DNA from: Bacillota bacterium
Lineage (GTDB): Bacteria; Bacillota; Clostridia; Christensenellales; SZUA-584
Reading direction: 5' to 3'
Length of the DNA: 64,000 nt
Assembly: GCA_023460085.1 (NCBI GenBank)
Contig: JAEWRI010000044.1
Location: 54,877-118,876 of the forward strand
Below are positions 35,700-44,098 of the stretch, one piece after another; the first letter of the stretch is position 1, and each line of letters starts with the position of its first letter. The position numbers and the translations under genes were made by a program. Below the pieces are notes generated by a model that saw nothing but the letters and a program-made list of their open reading frames with translations, had not been told where the DNA came from and made no database searches.

Positions 35700-36644
35700 T
35701 TATTCCCGGCGCACCGCGCCCGTCCAGACTGCGGCCTCGCCCAATCCGGAGCTTTGCTCGGCAACGCCGCGCAGATGCTCCATGTCCTCCCGCCGCATCA
35801 GCGGCGCTTCCTCATAGTCCCACTGAATTCCCGCCCGCGCGTACTTGTCGCGGCAGAGGTTGTTGAACGCGCACAGCTCCCAGCGCGCCACCGCGCCCGC
35901 CATATGCGCCGCGATGAATTGCCCTGTGGCTTCGATGTTCTCCGCGCTGTCCGTCGCACCGGGGATGATGGGCGTGCGCACCCAGATGGTGAGCCCGTGT
36001 TCCCGCGCGTACTGTGCGGCCCGCTCCGCGTTTTCGAGGATGCGGGTATTGCCGACCCCTGTAAAGCGTCTGTGCGCCGCGTCGTCCGCGAGCTTTAAGT
36101 CGAGCAGCAGCATGTCGCTGACCTCCAGCACGAACTCCAGCGTGTCCCACGGCACGTTCGCCGCCGTATCCAGCGCGGTATGCACCCCCTGCGCCCGCAG
36201 CTCTTCGAACAGCGCCCGCACGAATTGCGACTGCAACAGCGGTTCCCCGCCCGAGGCGGTGACCCCGCCGCTGCTCTTGTCGAAGTAGGCCTTGTCTTTG
36301 AGCAGCTCCCGCGCGAGTGCGTCCGCCGTGTATTCCGCGCCCTTGCGCTCCACCGCGCCCGTAGGGCAGGCTTCCGCGCAGGTGAGGCAGCCCGTGCACT
36401 TGGCCGCGTCCACCACAGCGCCTGCTTCGGTGAACGTTCGCGCGCCCTCCGGGCAGGCGGCCACGCAGCAGCCACAGCCGATGCACCGCGCCTTCACCCA
36501 CACCGCCTCCGCTTTGGCCGGGATGCTCTCCGGGTTGTGGCACCACGCACAGCGCAGGTTGCAGCCCTTGAAGAACACCGTAGTGCGGATGCCCGGCCCG
36601 TCTTCGGTCGATAGCTTCTGAATGTCGAGTATTCTGCCCGTCAT
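35700..36644 (-). CDS. Glycyl-radical enzyme activating enzyme (radical SAM)
   Basis: 314 aa. Radical-SAM cluster CNLRCAWCHNPES plus two ferredoxin-type motifs, CIGCGCCVAACP and CTGCLTCAEACP, as in activases of non-PFL GREs. Begins 3 nt after the GRE stop. Confidence 0.92.
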   Translation of the reverse strand: MTGRILDIQKLSTEDGPGIRTTVFFKGCNLRCAWCHNPESIPAKAEAVWVKARCIGCGCCVAACPEGARTFTEAGAVVDAAKCTGCLTCAEACPTGAVERKGAEYTADALARELLKDKAYFDKSSGGVTASGGEPLLQSQFVRALFEELRAQGVHTALDTAANVPWDTLEFVLEVSDMLLLDLKLADDAAHRRFTGVGNTRILENAERAAQYAREHGLTIWVRTPIIPGATDSAENIEATGQFIAAHMAGAVARWELCAFNNLCRDKYARAGIQWDYEEAPLMRREDMEHLRGVAEQSSGLGEAAVWTGAVRRE

Positions 36645-36647
36645 GCG

Positions 36648-39143
36648 CTACATCCTGTGGCTTTCGCGCGCGATGATTTCGTCCTGCAGCTCCCGCCCGA
36701 CGGTGACGAAGTAGGCGTTGTAGCCCGTCACGCGTACGAGCAAGTTGCGATAGTTCTCCGGGTGCTTCTGAGCGTCACGCAGCATGTCGGCGTCGAGGAT
36801 GTTGATCTGCAGCGCCGAACCGCCGTTCTCGATGTAGCCGCGCAGAAACGCCTTGAACTTCTCCTTGTGCGCCATATCCCGCAGAAATGCTGGGCTGAAC
36901 GTGATGGTGTGGCTCGCGCCATTAGGCAGGTTGCTGCGGTATTCAAAGTAGTCGCCGTCCTTGGCTTTGCCGCCCATGGCCTTGCCGACCGAGTTGGCGT
37001 TGGCCGTGGGGCCGCCCGTATCCGCGCCGTTGGAAGGGCAGATGGCGTTGGACAAAAACTGTCCCTTCGCGCGCCCGTCCGCGCTCGCCGCGAGCACAAA
37101 CCCATCGCCCACCCAATAGTTCCAGCTCAGCATGCCGGGCCGGTAGGGCGCGTTCGTCGCGTTGGTCTTGTGCTTCCACGTCTCGTCCGCGAACAAATCC
37201 ATCACCTTGAGCGCCAGCGCGTCCGCCTCGTCGTCGTCTCTTCCGTACTTGGGCGCTTTGAACTTGGCCTTGGCCTGCAGAATCTCGTGGCCCACCCAGT
37301 TGTCCTTCAGCGCCGCGATCAGTTCGTCCATCGTGCATTCCTTCTTGTCGTACACGAGATACTTGACGGCGAGCAGCGAGTCCACCGTGGTCGCGAACGT
37401 CACGCCTTCGATGGTGGTGAAATTGATTTCCGCACCGCCCTGCGTGGCGTCCTTCCCGTTTTCCGCGCAGCCATGCACGAGACACGAGAGGTACGGCGTG
37501 GGGCTATAGGTCGCGCGCAGGTCGTCCGTCTCGTTGTAGAGCGCCGCGTCCTTGGCGATAATGTGCGCCATCTGCTTTTCAAACGCGGTGTAGAAGTCTT
37601 CGAACGTGGCAAAGCCGCGCGGGTCACCGGTCTTTGAGCCTTCCTGTCCCGACTTGTACGGCTTGCCCCAGAGCGTATCGCTGTAAGTGATGAGGTCACG
37701 CCCTTCGGCGAGCGTCAGTTCCACGGCTTTGAGCAGGTTGGGGTTGTTGTCCACCGTGCCGGAGCGGTCGTTACCGACCATCGTGTTCTCCAGACAGCCC
37801 ACGGATGCGTAGTCGTGCACGTTGTCCATGTTGATCTTATCCTCGTAGTGACCCAGCTTGGCCTCGCGCAGCATGCCCGCCATGGAGCGCTCGTCGAAGT
37901 TTAAAAGGAACGGCGCGCCCTGGCTGGACGAGACCATGTCGACCACTTTATCCAGCAGCTCTTCCGGCGTGCCGCGATGCAGCCGCACGTTGGGCTTGGG
38001 TTCCAGGATCGGGCTCATCTCGTCGATGACCTCCAGCAGCACCCAGGTCATGTCGTTCGTCATGTCGATGCCGCCCTTGCCCATGCCAGCGATATTGAAC
38101 AGCTGGCCATAGCCCGCCGTGATGCCGTTGTTGCCGGTGCGCACCATCGCGTCGTAGGCCGTGTTGCAGTGAATCCAGAAGCACTTCAAGATTTCCTTGC
38201 CGAACTCGCGGCTCATGCCTTGCCGCATGGACTCCTCCCAGTACGGCTGCAAAATCTGGTCCAGCCGCCCGAACGAGAGGCCTGCGCCGGGGAAGTTTTC
38301 GTCGGACATGACGAGCATGTGCGTGAGCCACAATGACTGCACGGCTTCCCAGAGGTTCCGCGCGCCCTCCCGCGGCACACGCTTTAAGTTCTCGCTCATT
38401 TGAAGCAGCTCGCCCCTGCGCTCCGCGTCTATCTCCATCATCTCCGCGAGCGAAGCGCAAAGGGCGGCGTACTTCTCCGCCAGCGCGGCAGGCATCCCGG
38501 CAGCGGTCTTCATGGCACGAAGCTGCGCGCCCCGCGGGCCTTTCTGCTGTACTGGCGTAAGCTTGTTATATTCCTCATCGATGTGGGCTTCAATCGCTTT
38601 GAAGCCGCTTTTTAATACCTGCGCGTAGTCCGGGATGATGTGCGCGGACGTTGCGCCGCAGTTGCCGAAGCCGCGCTCGTGAAACTCCTTGATCTTGGCG
38701 CGCGTACCGTTTTTGCCGAACACCCGCGCGTTACGCGCTTTGGCCTCTGCCTTGCTCCAGCACCGCGACGCGAGCAAATTGAACCGTCCGCCCGCGATGA
38801 GGTCGCCCGGCAGCACCTCCTGCGGCACAACATTGACCATCGCCTCACGGATGAACCACGCGCGGCGTTCCGCGATGCTCCACTCAAAGAAATGCCTCGG
38901 CACCTCCACCCGATGCGCGGACTGCTTCGAAGACATAACGAACTGCTGATAGAAGGAATAGGTCTCCGGTACCACGTAGAAGGTGATTTCATCGAACAAC
39001 TCATCCCAGTCCGTACCCGTAGTGAGCGGGATGAATTCGTTGTTCCATTTGCGTTTCACACCCGCGAAATAGTAATCCCGAAGCCATTTGATACGATCGG
39101 AAAGATCGTATGGCTCCTTCATCCGGCACTCCATAGCGTCCAT
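36648..39143 (-). CDS. Glycyl radical enzyme, pyruvate formate-lyase superfamily, substrate unassigned
   Basis: 831 aa. C-terminal glycyl radical motif LLVRVTGYNAYFVTVGRELQDEIIARESH and thiyl loop ASVGCLENT (Cys-x-Glu). GGAGGG lies 6 nt upstream of the ATG at 39143. Confidence 0.9.
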   Translation of the reverse strand: MDAMECRMKEPYDLSDRIKWLRDYYFAGVKRKWNNEFIPLTTGTDWDELFDEITFYVVPETYSFYQQFVMSSKQSAHRVEVPRHFFEWSIAERRAWFIREAMVNVVPQEVLPGDLIAGGRFNLLASRCWSKAEAKARNARVFGKNGTRAKIKEFHERGFGNCGATSAHIIPDYAQVLKSGFKAIEAHIDEEYNKLTPVQQKGPRGAQLRAMKTAAGMPAALAEKYAALCASLAEMMEIDAERRGELLQMSENLKRVPREGARNLWEAVQSLWLTHMLVMSDENFPGAGLSFGRLDQILQPYWEESMRQGMSREFGKEILKCFWIHCNTAYDAMVRTGNNGITAGYGQLFNIAGMGKGGIDMTNDMTWVLLEVIDEMSPILEPKPNVRLHRGTPEELLDKVVDMVSSSQGAPFLLNFDERSMAGMLREAKLGHYEDKINMDNVHDYASVGCLENTMVGNDRSGTVDNNPNLLKAVELTLAEGRDLITYSDTLWGKPYKSGQEGSKTGDPRGFATFEDFYTAFEKQMAHIIAKDAALYNETDDLRATYSPTPYLSCLVHGCAENGKDATQGGAEINFTTIEGVTFATTVDSLLAVKYLVYDKKECTMDELIAALKDNWVGHEILQAKAKFKAPKYGRDDDEADALALKVMDLFADETWKHKTNATNAPYRPGMLSWNYWVGDGFVLAASADGRAKGQFLSNAICPSNGADTGGPTANANSVGKAMGGKAKDGDYFEYRSNLPNGASHTITFSPAFLRDMAHKEKFKAFLRGYIENGGSALQINILDADMLRDAQKHPENYRNLLVRVTGYNAYFVTVGRELQDEIIARESHRM

Positions 39144-39227
39144 GGCGTTCCCTCCCTATTCGGTTTTAGGTTTATGCATACGCGCTGCCGCGTAAAAGAA
39201 TGTTCGTTGTTATTCGGGCTTTGTAGT

Positions 39228-39403
39228 CGGGGGCTTTGCCCCCGTACCCTGGCGGTTAGCCTATTGGCCCCCTCAGATGAGGGGGCTGTCGCCGAAAGGC
39301 GACTGGGGGAGGGAAACATTCACCGCGTTTCACTCGCTCCGGTAATTTACGGATTATAATCCGTCAATTACCACCTCCCTCATCCGAGGGAGGCTCTAAC
39401 ACC
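39228..39403. repeat. Cluster of five perfect or near-perfect inverted repeats between the regulator and the GRE gene
   Basis: The five repeats are: CGGGGGC-ttt-GCCCCCG (39228-39244); GCCCCCTCA-ga-TGAGGGGGC (39267-39286); GTCGCC-gaaa-GGCGAC (39288-39303); a 32-bp palindrome GGTAATTtACGGATTATAATCCGTcAATTACC (39351-39382); and CCTCCCTC-atcc-GAGGGAGG (39384-39403). Confidence 0.85.
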
Positions 39404-39439
39404 TTGGCGCTGTGTTTAGTTTGAATGTCTGCTTGGGGT

Positions 39440-40147
39440 TCAGCCGTCGGCCAGTATGCTGCGGCCATGATCGAGCATGGCTTTCATGGCTTCCCCTGCC
39501 TCCTGCCTGTCGCCGCGCTCAATAGCCGAAATCAGCCGCTCGTGGAACGCGTAGACCACATTCCGGTTGGGCAATCTTTCGTAAAACCGCCGTACCAGCG
39601 TCATATACATGGCCTCAATGGAGCGCAGCGTCATGGGCAGCACAATGTTGCCCGACGCGCGTGCGATGGCAAGGTGCAGCGCAAAGTCGAGCCGCGCCGC
39701 TTCGCCCGCGCCTTCGCTGTTCTCCGTCGCCTCGCGTTCGTGCTGCAGCAGGCCGCGCAGACTTTCGGTATCCTGCGCTGTGCGCGCTTCCGCCGCCAAT
39801 TCCGCCGCTGCGACTTCCACGATTTCGCGGAAACTGAGCAGGCTGGATAGCAGGTCCGGGTCGACCGCGCCCGTGTGCTGCATGATCGCGCCGTACAGTT
39901 CGAGCGTGTTTTCTTTTTTGTAGTCGCTGACGAAAGTGCCCTGCCGCGGTACGATACGCAGCACATTCCGCGAGGCCAGCTCCGCCAGCGCCGCGTGCAC
40001 AGTGACGCGCGACACGCCCGTCTTCTCCGCGAGCTCTCGCTCGGGCGGCAGCTGCTGGCTGATTTTCAACTCGCCGGAGATGATCTGCTGTTCGATAAAC
40101 GATATGAAGCGCTGTTTGGCATTTTGTGTGGCGGGGGGCTTTGGCAT
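39440..40147 (-). CDS. GntR-family transcriptional regulator, FadR/FCD subfamily
   Basis: N-terminal winged helix-turn-helix (LPPERELAEKTGVSRVTVHAALAEL) and an all-helical C-terminal FCD-like domain. Start set to the ATG at 40147, after GAGG; the track start at 40153 is a GTG. Confidence 0.88.
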   Translation of the reverse strand: MPKPPATQNAKQRFISFIEQQIISGELKISQQLPPERELAEKTGVSRVTVHAALAELASRNVLRIVPRQGTFVSDYKKENTLELYGAIMQHTGAVDPDLLSSLLSFREIVEVAAAELAAEARTAQDTESLRGLLQHEREATENSEGAGEAARLDFALHLAIARASGNIVLPMTLRSIEAMYMTLVRRFYERLPNRNVVYAFHERLISAIERGDRQEAGEAMKAMLDHGRSILADG

Positions 40148-40159
40148 AGTCACCTCTTT

Positions 40160-40172
40160 GTGGTATTACCAC
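40160..40172. promoter_or_regulatory. Candidate GntR/FadR-type operator GTGGTATTACCAC
   Basis: 13-bp palindrome fitting the FadR-subfamily consensus TNGTNNNACNA. Lies between the predicted -10 and the SD sequence of the GntR gene. Confidence 0.45.
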
Positions 40173-40178
40173 GATGCG

Positions 40179-40207
40179 ATTATAACGCATTAATTAGGGT
40201 TTGTAAA
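40179..40207 (-). promoter_or_regulatory. SigA-type promoter of the GntR gene (TTTACA-N17-TATAAT)
   Basis: The minus strand reads TTTACAaaccctaattaatgcgtTATAAT, directly downstream of the MCP-fusion terminator. Confidence 0.6.
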
Positions 40208-40211
40208 TAGC

Positions 40212-40245
40212 AAAAAAGCCACGGATACATATTTCTCCGTGGCTT
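40212..40245 (-). terminator. Rho-independent terminator of the MCP-PBP gene
   Basis: The minus strand reads AAGCCACGGAgaaatatgtaTCCGTGGCTT followed by TTTTTG. Confidence 0.8.
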
Positions 40246-40259
40246 CCCCGCCAGTATCG

Positions 40260-42173
40260 TCAGACCATGCTCTGATAGATTTTCATATTCTGCAGATTGA
40301 CCTCGTAGGTTCCGGTATCCACATATCGCTGAACCGGTTTGCCGTCAAAGCACCTGTCGAGGAAACGCAGCGCCATGCTGCCCCATGAATAGTTGCGCTG
40401 CCCGATGGCGTAATGAATACTGCCCTCGCCCATGGCAGCTTGGATTTCTTTCGTATAATCCACGGTGATCACCTGAACGGCGGGTCTGAACCTCTTCATG
40501 TACCGGGAGAACAACACCCCCCAATCACAGTTGGTGAGAAATACGAACCGCGCGGCGGGATGGCCCTCCAGCATGGCGCGAATCGCCTGATCCGCTTCCT
40601 GCTGTGTTGGCTTGCCGACAACCGGGACCTCGTGCACAACAATATTCGTATGCTTTCGAAGCTCCTGCACAAACCCGTCCTTGCGATCCGCAATCGCGGA
40701 AATATGGGTATCCGACCAGGCGTTTACAAGCACTTCCCCCTGATTACCCAATGCTCCCATCACCACACGCGCTCCTGCCTCGCCCGCCGCAATGCCGTTT
40801 GTCTGAATGAACGATACGCTGCCTACGCCTTCCGTCCGGGAGTTGATAAAAACGATCCGGGTTCCGGCGCCGCCCAGCTGCTTCAGCCGCCGCGTGATGG
40901 CTTCATCGTCGAGCGGGCTTACCACAAGCCCGTCCGGCTTGTCTTCAATCAGCCGGTCCAGTATTGCCTTCATCTCCTCCACGCCGTCTGCGCCGCGCGA
41001 TTTCGGAGCATGGAACGAAACGTCACAGTGATAAATTTCGGCAGCTTTCATGGTTTCCTTGATCGTCGGTTCAAAAAACGGGCTATCAAAGTCGAAAACA
41101 ATGGCAATCCTTTTTTTCGGGGCGGACAGCCGGCTCACGCGGATAGGCGCGCTTTGCTTCATCACGCCGACAACCCCTTCCGCGAGGCTGCCGTCCAGCT
41201 TGTCCAGCATAGAGATAGTATTGTTCTGGTCGTATGTCAGGCTGGTAATTTCATTGGCGGTTGCGGACACGTTGCGCACCGAGGCAAATATGTTCGATAT
41301 TGTCCCCACAAGCCGGTCTTCATCGCTTCGAATTTCCTCGATGGACGCGTTGAAATTTTTCTGTTCCCGAATGTACGTATCAATAAACTCGCCCGTTTTT
41401 TCAAGTGCACGACTCACCTCAGCTACAGAGCCGCGCTGCTGCGCAATCGTATCGCGGGATCGTGCCGCCGCTTTTTCCAGCTGGCCTATCTCGTCGGTAA
41501 CGCCTTTGATGGTTTCGCTGATTCCCTCGTTTGCAATCTTGGTGTCGTGGGACAGGCGCTGTATTTCCTCCGCGACGACCGCAAACCCCCGCCCCCACGC
41601 CCCTGCGTGCACGGCCTCCACTTTGGCATTCAGCCCCAGCAGATTGGTCTGACTCGATATCCGGCTGATCAGATTGGTAATCTCTCCGATTTTCTGCGTC
41701 TTTTCGATCAGGCCTTTGGTAACACAAAAAATATCCTCCATCGCCTCATCGTTTCTTCCCTGATTGACGACGAGCTGCTCCACGGATTCCTGTACCTTTC
41801 CGTTGGTATGCTGCATCTCCTGGGCAAGAGAGGTCATGCTTTGCGCGCCCAGACTAATGGCATTGATCTTCTCGGTAAAGTTGTCAATGAACTTGATGCA
41901 TCTTTCAATATCATCGGTCTGCTGCCGTACCCCCTGATTGAGAAATACCGCCACCTGCTCAATCTTTTCCGATTCCTGCGCAAAATCCTTCACGATGGTA
42001 TTCAACTGACCGGATACCCTGGATACCCCTTCAAAATGCGCAAAGAAGTTTTGAAAATAAATCTGCAGCTGGCGGTATACCGCAGCTTCCGCTTCTGCGT
42101 CATCCATCAGTGATATCTCATCCTCAAGATTCCAGCAGCCTATCCTTTTCAGTATGTCCGCTCTATCAAGCAT
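40260..42173 (-). CDS. Soluble methyl-accepting-chemotaxis signalling domain fused to a C-terminal periplasmic-binding-protein type I (sugar-binding/LacI-like) domain
   Basis: 637 aa with no hydrophobic TM segment. The MCP hairpin-tip region [37 protein letters not shown] is a divergent form of [34 protein letters not shown]. From about aa 345 there is a PBP1 pattern: [71 protein letters not shown]. Confidence 0.75.
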   Translation of the reverse strand: [637 protein letters not shown]

Positions 42174-42367
42174 GGCTATCCCCCTTTATCAATGTGGTAG
42201 TTGGGACATTATGCATGGCTCAGATGCAAACAAGACCAAAATGCGCTGATGGTTAAAAACCCGACCACTCCGTCAGGCGTATGTTAAAATAAGTTATACT
42301 GGTCTCTATTTTATATATCGATACATATTTTAGTTTTATTAGCGCATTAAAGAAAATTACCTAAAAT

Positions 42368-42394
42368 AAAAAGCCACCAACCTTCGTTGATGGC
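42368..42394 (-). terminator. Rho-independent terminator after fabZ
   Basis: The minus strand reads GCCATCAACgaagGTTGGTGGC followed by TTTTT. Confidence 0.65.
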
Positions 42395-42421
42395 AGCAGG
42401 GATACCCGCTTATTCCAGTTT

Positions 42422-42850
42422 TCAGCCTTCTCCGATGGCAAACACCAGCTCACAGGAGGCCACCAGCTTCTCGCCCACATAGGCCTTGCCGCTGCCCATG
42501 CCCACCGTTTCCCGCACGGTTTCAAGCTCCGTCTCCAGCGTCAGCACGTCGCCCGGCACCACCTTCTCGTGGAACCGCGCGTTTTTGATCTTGCCGAGGA
42601 ATGCCAGCTTGCCGCGCATCTCCTCCATGCTGAGCAGCGCAATGCCGCCCATCTGCGCGATGGCTTCCACGATGAGCACACCCGGCATCACCTTGGTCTC
42701 CGCAAAGTGGCCGAGGAAGAACCATTCGTTGGCGTTTACCGCGCGCACACCTTTTGCCAGCTTGCCCGGCACCAGCTCGTCCACGCGATCCACCATCAGA
42801 AACGGCTCCCGATGAGGCAGTATTTTCTTGATGTCTTCAATATACAACAT
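42422..42850 (-). CDS. fabZ: 3-hydroxyacyl-ACP dehydratase FabZ
   Basis: 142 aa. LPHREPFLMVDRV and GHFAETKVMPGVL. Confidence 0.95.
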   Translation of the reverse strand: MLYIEDIKKILPHREPFLMVDRVDELVPGKLAKGVRAVNANEWFFLGHFAETKVMPGVLIVEAIAQMGGIALLSMEEMRGKLAFLGKIKNARFHEKVVPGDVLTLETELETVRETVGMGSGKAYVGEKLVASCELVFAIGEG

Positions 42851-42854
42851 GGTG

Positions 42855-44090
42855 CTACTCCGCCTTTTTTAATACGAGACAGCTGTTGTGACCGCCGAAG
42901 CCGAAGGAATTGGAGAGCGCGTAGCGCGCGTCCATGCGCCGGGCGCTATCCTTCACATAGTCGAGATTGCAGCCTTCGCCTTCCGTTTGCAGCCCGATGG
43001 TGGGCGGCGCAATCCCTTCGTTCAGCGCAAGCTGCGTTACCACCGCTTCGAACGCGCCCGCCGCGCCCAGCATGTGCCCCGTCATAGACTTGGTGGAACT
43101 GACGAGCAGACGCTTGGCATGCTCGCCGAAGCACAGCTCGATGGCGGCGCTCTCCGTGGCGTCGTTAAGCGGCGTACCCGTGCCGTGCGCGTTGATATAA
43201 CCTACTTTCGCAGCGTCGATGCCCGCGTCCGCCATGGCCAGCGCCATTGCGCGCGCCGCGTACTGCCCGCCCGGCTGCGGCGCGGTGATATGGTGCGCGT
43301 CGCACGTCTGCGCGTAGCCCGCCACCTGCCCCAGCGCCGTTCCGCCGCGGCGAATCATGTGCGCTTCGCTCTCGATGAGCAGGAACGCTGCGCCTTCGCC
43401 CATTACGAAGCCCTGCCTTTCGCTGTCGAATGGCAGTGACGCGCGCGCCGGGTCGGAGCTCTCCGAGAGTGCCTGCATCTGATGGAAGCCCTGTACGGCG
43501 AGCTCGGTGAAAACGGCTTCCGCACCGCCTACCAGCATCGCGTCCGCGCGGCCTTCCTTCACGGCGTAATACGCGTGCCCGATGGCATCCGCGCCCGAGG
43601 AGCACGCCGTTACCATGCCAAAGCACGGCCCATGCAGCCCCAGCCGGATGGCGATCGTCCCCGCCGCCGTGTTGATGATGGCTTTGGGGATGAACAGCGA
43701 AGAAACCGCCCGCGGCCCGTTTTTCCGCAGCTCCTCTTCCTGCTCGCAGATGACGTCCAGACCGCCCATGCCGCTGCCCAGCACTACGCCCACGCGTTCC
43801 GAGTCATAGTTGCCGCCCTCGATACCGCTCTGCGCCCACGCCTGCAGGGCAGCAACCACCGCGAACTGCGTGAAGCGCGCCATACGCTTCGCCTCGCGCG
43901 TACTGATGTACTGCGAAGGATCGAAGCCCGCCACCTGCCCCGCGACGCGAATACCCGTACGCTCCGCGTCAAAGGCCGTAGCCTCGCGAATGCCGCACAC
44001 GCCCGCAACCGCGGCGCGGAACGACTCCTCCGCGGAAAAACCGATGGGCGACACCGCGCCCATGCCGGTAATCATGACCTTGTTTCCCAT
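42855..44090 (-). CDS. fabF: 3-oxoacyl-ACP synthase II
   Basis: Active-site ACSSGADAIG, INAHGTGTPLND and GHMLGAAG. Start trimmed to the ATG at 44090 (MGNKVMITGMG), with AGGAGGGGA upstream. Confidence 0.95.
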   Translation of the reverse strand: MGNKVMITGMGAVSPIGFSAEESFRAAVAGVCGIREATAFDAERTGIRVAGQVAGFDPSQYISTREAKRMARFTQFAVVAALQAWAQSGIEGGNYDSERVGVVLGSGMGGLDVICEQEEELRKNGPRAVSSLFIPKAIINTAAGTIAIRLGLHGPCFGMVTACSSGADAIGHAYYAVKEGRADAMLVGGAEAVFTELAVQGFHQMQALSESSDPARASLPFDSERQGFVMGEGAAFLLIESEAHMIRRGGTALGQVAGYAQTCDAHHITAPQPGGQYAARAMALAMADAGIDAAKVGYINAHGTGTPLNDATESAAIELCFGEHAKRLLVSSTKSMTGHMLGAAGAFEAVVTQLALNEGIAPPTIGLQTEGEGCNLDYVKDSARRMDARYALSNSFGFGGHNSCLVLKKAE

Positions 44091-44098
44091 GTCCCCTC

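Noticed and set aside
39119-39319. 66-aa minus-strand ORF (MFPSPSRLSATAPSSEGANRL...) inside the GRE leader.
   Set aside because: It is made of the GC-rich hairpin repeats, overlaps the GRE start and has no SD sequence. It is most likely a by-product of the inverted repeats rather than a peptide gene.
42186-42211. SigD-like element (TAAT-N14-ATTGATAA, minus strand) upstream of the MCP-PBP gene.
   Set aside because: The -10 would overlap the ribosome-binding site and leave essentially no leader before the ATG at 42173. The match is weaker than at the SLT promoter.
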